The notes below the pieces were generated by a model that was not told where the DNA came from, did not search any database, and saw only the letters and a program-made list of their open reading frames with translations. A stretch of DNA of 11,216 nt from Candidatus Methylomirabilia bacterium (lineage in GTDB: Bacteria; Methylomirabilota; Methylomirabilia; Rokubacteriales; CSP1-6). A program made the position numbers and the translations under genes. Shown here piece by piece: positions 7,007-11,216 of this stretch (position 1 is its first letter; each line of letters starts with the position of its first letter). The DNA lies in NCBI GenBank assembly GCA_041497895.1, contig JBGQHJ010000157.1:1-11216 (forward strand), in the 5' to 3' direction.

Positions 7007-7160
7007 GTCGCTCTCCTCTTCGGGGAAACGGGGTTGAGGTCGACCGGCCTCACGCCCGGGCGCGAGGCCCGCAGCCGGCGTACGCGTCAACGCTACGCCG
7101 AATTCGGCGCGGGTGCCACCCGGTCGTCGCGTCGAGGGAATCGGGAGCTTCGGAGCGGCG

Positions 7161-8123
7161 CTACCGGCCGGGCGAGACGACCAGGTTGGTCGGCTTGCCC
7201 TGGCGGAAGTTCTCGATGTTCGCCACCGCGGCGAGCAGGCCGTCGCGGATGACCTCGGGGGTCTGGCCCGCGTTGTGCGGGGAGAGAACCACGTTCGGCA
7301 GGGTCAGGATCGGATCGTCGGGCGCGAGCGGCTCCTGGTGGAAGACGTCGAGCCCCGCGCCCATGATCTTGCGGTCGCGCAGGGCGGCCAGCAGGGCTTC
7401 GCGATCCACCAGCGCGCCGCGCCCGGTGTTGACGACGATCGCGGTGGGCTTCATCATCGCCAGCTCCTTGCGGCCGATGAAGTTGCGGGTCTCGGTGGAG
7501 AGGCGCACGTGCAGGCTGATCACGTCGGCCTGGGTGAGGATCTCCTCCTTGCTGGCCGGCTTCGCCCCGGTCTTGCGGATCCGCGCCTCGTCGCCGAGCG
7601 CGCTCCAGCCCAGCACGTTCATGCCGATGCCGCGGGCGATGGTGGCGAGGCGGCCCCCGATCGCCCCCATGCCGAAGACGCCGAGGGTCTTGCCGAGGCA
7701 CTGGGTCAGCAGCTCGCGCGGCCAGCGCCCCTTGCGCATCTCCTCGTCGAGGGCGACCACCCGGCGCGCCACCGTGAGCATCAGGGTGAGCGCGTGCTCG
7801 GCCACCGCGAAGGCGTTGATGCCGGGGGTATTGCAGATCGTCACCCCGCGCATGCCCGCCGCGTTCAGGTCGAAGTTGTCGGTGCCGGTGCCCCACACCG
7901 AGACCATCTTGAGCTTGGGGCAGGCCTGGAACACGCCTTCGCTGAACCGGGCGTGGGCGCGAATGTTGATGGCGGCGGGCGCATCGCCGATGCGGCGGAT
8001 CAGTTCCGCCTCCTGATCGGCGCCGCGCTCGGTGAACACGCGCACCTCGCCCAGGCGCTTGGCCCGCTGGTGCGCCTCGCTGCCCTCGAAGACCGACGGG
8101 AAGTCGTCCGGGACGACGATCAC
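7161..8123 (-). CDS. D-isomer-specific 2-hydroxyacid dehydrogenase (phosphoglycerate dehydrogenase/hydroxypyruvate reductase-like, no ACT domain)
   Basis: GTG at 8123 overlaps the upstream TGA (GTGA). Motifs GTGTDNFD, NTPG..AVAEH, GKTLGVFGMGAIG, VNTGRG (catalytic Arg), LDVFHQEP (Glu), SPHNAG (His). 320 aa. Confidence 0.93.
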   Translation of the reverse strand: MIVVPDDFPSVFEGSEAHQRAKRLGEVRVFTERGADQEAELIRRIGDAPAAINIRAHARFSEGVFQACPKLKMVSVWGTGTDNFDLNAAGMRGVTICNTPGINAFAVAEHALTLMLTVARRVVALDEEMRKGRWPRELLTQCLGKTLGVFGMGAIGGRLATIARGIGMNVLGWSALGDEARIRKTGAKPASKEEILTQADVISLHVRLSTETRNFIGRKELAMMKPTAIVVNTGRGALVDREALLAALRDRKIMGAGLDVFHQEPLAPDDPILTLPNVVLSPHNAGQTPEVIRDGLLAAVANIENFRQGKPTNLVVSPGR

Positions 8124-9346
8124 GCGGGCGGGCTCGCGAAGATCGCTTGCGCCGCCGAGACCCCCGCTCCCGCCTCGCTCCGGTAGCCGAGGTCGCGCAG
8201 CGTCATCTCGAGCGCGGACAGCGTCGGCAGCACGTACATCGGGCTCGAGGTGATGCCCATGTGCCCGACGCGCAGGGTGGTGGTGCGGATCTTGTCGAGC
8301 CCGGTCCCGATCAGGATGCCGTAGCGATCGCGCATGTGGCTGACCACCTTGGCGGGCTCGATCCCGGCGGGCGCCTTGAAGCACGAGACGGTGTTGGACA
8401 GAAGCGAGGCGTCCGGGAACATCTCGAGGCGCATCGCCTCGAGGCCAGCGCGGAAGGCGCGCCCGGCCACCGCGTGGCGGCGGAAGCGGTGGGGCAGGCC
8501 CTCCTCGAGGATGAGCCGGCACGCGACGCCCAGCGCGCTCGTGAGGTGGGTCGGGATCGAGACCGGCTGCCGGCGCGGGCTGCCGTCGGGAATGTGGCCG
8601 CCCCGGGAGGCCGGGATCCAGTTCTCCTTCCAGCGCAGCAGGTCGTAGGCCCACGAGGAGGACTTGTGCTTGCGGCGCTCCATCGACTCCCACGCGGCGG
8701 GGCTGACCGACACGATGGCCATGCCGAGCGGCGCGGCCAGGCACTTCTGCGAGCCGGTCATGTTGAAGTCCACGCCCCAGTCGTCGGTGCGCACGTCGAG
8801 CCCGGCCAGCGACGATACCGTGTCGAGCATGAAGAGGGCGCCGTGCCGCTTCACGATGCGACCCACCTCCGCGGCCGGGTAGGTGGTGCCGGTGGAGGTC
8901 TCGTTGTGGACCATCGAGACCGCCTTGGGCTTCACGCGCTCGATGTCCTTCTCGAGCCGGCCCAGGTCCAGCGGGTGTCCCCACTCGACGGTGTGCTCGG
9001 TGACCTCGGCCCCGGCGCGGGTCATGATCTCGCGCATCAGGGAGCCGAAGACCCCGGCCACCACGACGAGGACCCGATCGCCCGGCTCGATCACCGAGAT
9101 CGCGGAGGCCTCGAGGGCGGTCCGGCCCGAGCCGGGCATCGCGATGACCTCGCCGCGGGCGGTCTGGAAGATGTCGCGGAGCGCGAGGGTCACCGGCTCC
9201 AGGACCTTGACGTCGAAGTTCAGGTCGTACTGGATGGTGGCGGGCTGGCTCATGGCCTGCACGACCAGGAACGGCAGCTCGGTCGGCCCCGGGATCATCA
9301 GAATCGGCTGCGACTGGGTCGTCCCCCAACGGATCGTGTCGTCCAT
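8120..9346 (-). CDS. Class V PLP-dependent aminotransferase (alanine/serine--glyoxylate aminotransferase family)
   Basis: ATG at 9346 with AAGGAG (9352-9357). Motifs LMIPGPT, GSGRTALE, VHNETSTG, LDTVSSLAG, TGSQKCL (PLP Lys), RVGHMG. 408 aa. Confidence 0.95.
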   Translation of the reverse strand: MDDTIRWGTTQSQPILMIPGPTELPFLVVQAMSQPATIQYDLNFDVKVLEPVTLALRDIFQTARGEVIAMPGSGRTALEASAISVIEPGDRVLVVVAGVFGSLMREIMTRAGAEVTEHTVEWGHPLDLGRLEKDIERVKPKAVSMVHNETSTGTTYPAAEVGRIVKRHGALFMLDTVSSLAGLDVRTDDWGVDFNMTGSQKCLAAPLGMAIVSVSPAAWESMERRKHKSSSWAYDLLRWKENWIPASRGGHIPDGSPRRQPVSIPTHLTSALGVACRLILEEGLPHRFRRHAVAGRAFRAGLEAMRLEMFPDASLLSNTVSCFKAPAGIEPAKVVSHMRDRYGILIGTGLDKIRTTTLRVGHMGITSSPMYVLPTLSALEMTLRDLGYRSEAGAGVSAAQAIFASPPA

Positions 9347-9381
9347 GTCGACTCCTTGTGCGCGGGAGCGGAGGAGCGGTG

Positions 9382-9669
9382 CTACGCCCTGGCCTCGGCC
9401 AGGCCGCTCTGCTTCCGACGGATCAGATACAGGTTCCGCAGGTACACGAAGAGCCCCGCGCTTTGACCGAGGATGAAGACCGGATCCATGCGGTACACCG
9501 CGTAGACCAGCAGGGTGAGGCCGCCGCCGATGGAGAAGAACCAGAACGAGACCGGGATCACGCTCTCCTTCTTCCGCTCCGAGGCGATCCACTGGACCAG
9601 GAAGCGCATCGAGAAGAACGCTTGACCCAGAAACCCGAACGACAGCCAGAGGTGCTCCGACGTCATCAT
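9382..9669 (-). CDS. Stand-alone lipid A biosynthesis N-terminal (LAB_N) domain membrane protein, 3 TM
   Basis: AAGGAG RBS (9678-9683). Signature GFLGQAFFSMRFLVQWIASE.K.ESVIPVSFWFFSIGGG..LLVYA..R.DPVFILGQ...VYLRNL. 95 aa. Confidence 0.92.
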   Translation of the reverse strand: MMTSEHLWLSFGFLGQAFFSMRFLVQWIASERKKESVIPVSFWFFSIGGGLTLLVYAVYRMDPVFILGQSAGLFVYLRNLYLIRRKQSGLAEARA

Positions 9670-9681
9670 CGCCCCGTCTCC

Positions 9682-9709
9682 TTGGTGCCCCGACCCATCG
9701 TGCTAGAAT
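9682..9709 (+). promoter_or_regulatory. Putative promoter with extended -10 (TG-c-TAGAAT)
   Basis: TG at 9701-9702, TAGAAT at 9704-9709, TTGGTG at 9682-9687 (16-nt spacer). Lies upstream of the RBS of the 9763 gene. Confidence 0.5.
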
Positions 9710-9762
9710 CCAGCCACTCACATTATCGGACCTGCCCGTGGGTCGCAAGGAGTTTCATCACC

Positions 9763-10245
9763 GTGCGAGGCATCGACCAGGCGCTGGTGGACGAGGTGTG
9801 GCGTGAGATCACCGCGTATCCCCCCGGGCGGGTCGAGCAGGAGGCGCGCGAGTTCCTGGAGCGCCAGCCGGACGTGGCCGCCTTCGCCCACGCGGTCACC
9901 CGCGAGCACGATCCGGTCGTGCAGCGCGCCTCCCTCGGCCTCTGCTTCCTGCTGTTCAAGATCCTCGAGCGGAGCCTCGGCCGTCCGTTCCCGCGGCTCG
10001 AGGAATCGCGGCTGCGGGCGGCGCACGAGGCCTCGACAGAGTGGCTCGCCGGCCTCGAGGGCGACGACTCGGCGCGGATCCTCGCCGCCGCCGGCGCGCC
10101 CGGGCATCCGACGCTCGCCGCCCACCTGGTGGCGGTCTTCTACCGCGAGGGCGCGGAGGGCTGCGACGAGCGCGTGCGGGCCGGGTTCCTGCTCATGCTG
10201 CGCACCCTGACCGACGCGCTGGATCTGGGCCCGGTCGAGGCCTGA
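9763..10245 (+). CDS. Hypothetical protein, predicted alpha-helical
   Basis: GTG at 9763 with AAGGAG (9747-9752), in frame with ORF 9358..10245. Typical codon bias from here on (MRGIDQALVDEVWREI...). Its stop overlaps the next ATG (TGATG). 160 aa; no family recognised. Confidence 0.8.
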   Translation: MRGIDQALVDEVWREITAYPPGRVEQEAREFLERQPDVAAFAHAVTREHDPVVQRASLGLCFLLFKILERSLGRPFPRLEESRLRAAHEASTEWLAGLEGDDSARILAAAGAPGHPTLAAHLVAVFYREGAEGCDERVRAGFLLMLRTLTDALDLGPVEA

Positions 10246-11048
10246 TGCCGCGGATCGCGGTCAACGGGATCTCGCTCCACTACGACGAGATGGGCGCGGG
10301 CCCGCCGCTCGTGCTGATCCACGCGTTTCCGGTCGGGCGGCGGATGTGGGAGCCGCAGCTGGCCGCGCTCGCGCGGCGCCACCGGGTCATCGCCTACGAC
10401 GTGCGGGGTTTCGGCCTGTCGGACGCCCCGCGCGAGCCGAGCGCCTACTCCCAGGCCCAGTCGGTGGAGGACGCCCGCGCGCTGATCGAGGCCCTCGACG
10501 CCGCGCCGGCCGCGGTGTGCGGGCTCAGCATGGGCGGCAACATCGCCCTCAATCTCGCGCTGACGCATCCCGAGACCGTCTCGGCGCTGCTGCTCTGCGA
10601 CACCGGCGCAGGCTCGGAAGACCCGGTCGCCTTCGGGGCGCGCTGCGAGGAGTACGCGGCCGCCGCCGACCGGGGAATCGACGCCTTCCTCGACGCGGCG
10701 CTGACGTGGGCGGTGTTCGCGGACTACGGGAGCCAGGGCGCCCGGCAGCGCGCGTTCCTGCGGGAGCTGATCCTCGGCCATCCGGCCCACGGCATCGCGC
10801 TCACCGCGCGCCACGCCCTGGCCACCCGCAGGCCGGTCTACGCGCTCGAGGTGGGCATGCGCGCGCTCCGCCTGCCCACGCTGGTCGCCTTCGGCGAGCG
10901 GGACGAGGCGTGCGTGCGCAGCTCGGAGTTCATGGCCGCGACCATTCCGGACGCGCGGCTCTGGCGGGTACCGGGGGGGACGCACTTCATCAATCTCGAC
11001 GAGCCCGAGCTCTTCAATCGCGCGGTGCGGACGTTCCTCGCGCACTGA
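10245..11048 (+). CDS. Alpha/beta-fold hydrolase (3-oxoadipate enol-lactonase-like)
   Basis: ATG at 10245 coupled to the upstream TGA. Motifs PPLVLIHAF, YDVRGFGLS, nucleophile elbow GLSMGG, acid GERD, and His in GGTHF. 267 aa. Confidence 0.93.
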   Translation: MPRIAVNGISLHYDEMGAGPPLVLIHAFPVGRRMWEPQLAALARRHRVIAYDVRGFGLSDAPREPSAYSQAQSVEDARALIEALDAAPAAVCGLSMGGNIALNLALTHPETVSALLLCDTGAGSEDPVAFGARCEEYAAAADRGIDAFLDAALTWAVFADYGSQGARQRAFLRELILGHPAHGIALTARHALATRRPVYALEVGMRALRLPTLVAFGERDEACVRSSEFMAATIPDARLWRVPGGTHFINLDEPELFNRAVRTFLAH

Positions 11049-11216
11049 GAGGAGCGGGCGGGGGGCGGCGGGGGCCCGCAGGGGGTGGCGGGGGTTCCCG
11101 GAGCCCGGCCCGCTCCCGGTGGGTGTTGTACGGGCGGATTTTCCAAACCCGGCGGGTGGCGGCGTAGCGAAGACTGGCGGGGCCGGGGGCCGGGTCGCCC
11201 GCCCCCCCCCCGGGCC

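Noticed and set aside
7113..7118. TGGCAC on the minus strand as a sigma54 -24 box for DUF1059
   Set aside because: No TTGC at the required -12 position.
7161..9748. Overlong ORF calls 7161..9329 and 8120..9748 suggesting fusions or frameshifts
   Set aside because: Each real gene has its own start (RBS, or GTGA coupling) and a complete domain. The extensions are off-frame overlaps with neighbouring genes.
10838..11216. Minus-strand ORF 10838..11146 or a convergent gene end at the right edge
   Set aside because: Low-complexity translation with no recognisable motif; it overlaps the hydrolase and sequence quality here is doubtful.

Overview
Very GC-rich (roughly 70%+ by eye) bacterial chromosomal window with 13 credible genes and no rRNA, tRNA, CRISPR array, transposase or phage genes. 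Gene style is reminiscent of soil bacteria such as Rokubacteria, but this is inference only. Left to right: a membrane protein with a Pro-rich, tandemly repeated N-tail (+); a secreted TlpA-like thioredoxin (-); a single-domain response regulator (-); a ~958 aa FAD/Fe-S (GlcD+GlcF, YdiJ-like) 2-hydroxyacid oxidoreductase (+); an internally duplicated membrane protein (+); a Zn-dependent MDR dehydrogenase (+); a BoxC/REP-like long inverted repeat; a DUF1059 small protein (-); a D-2-hydroxyacid dehydrogenase coupled to a class V aminotransferase (-); a stand-alone LAB_N membrane protein (-); a hypothetical protein coupled to an alpha/beta hydrolase (+). The most unusual signal is a shared short linear motif (S-x-FRRP ... 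P-x-PGFGPV). It forms the C-terminal tail of the receiver protein and occurs, duplicated, in the N-terminal tail of the nearby membrane protein. Also notable are probable leaderless promoters and a possible glycolate/glyoxylate/hydroxypyruvate metabolic grouping.
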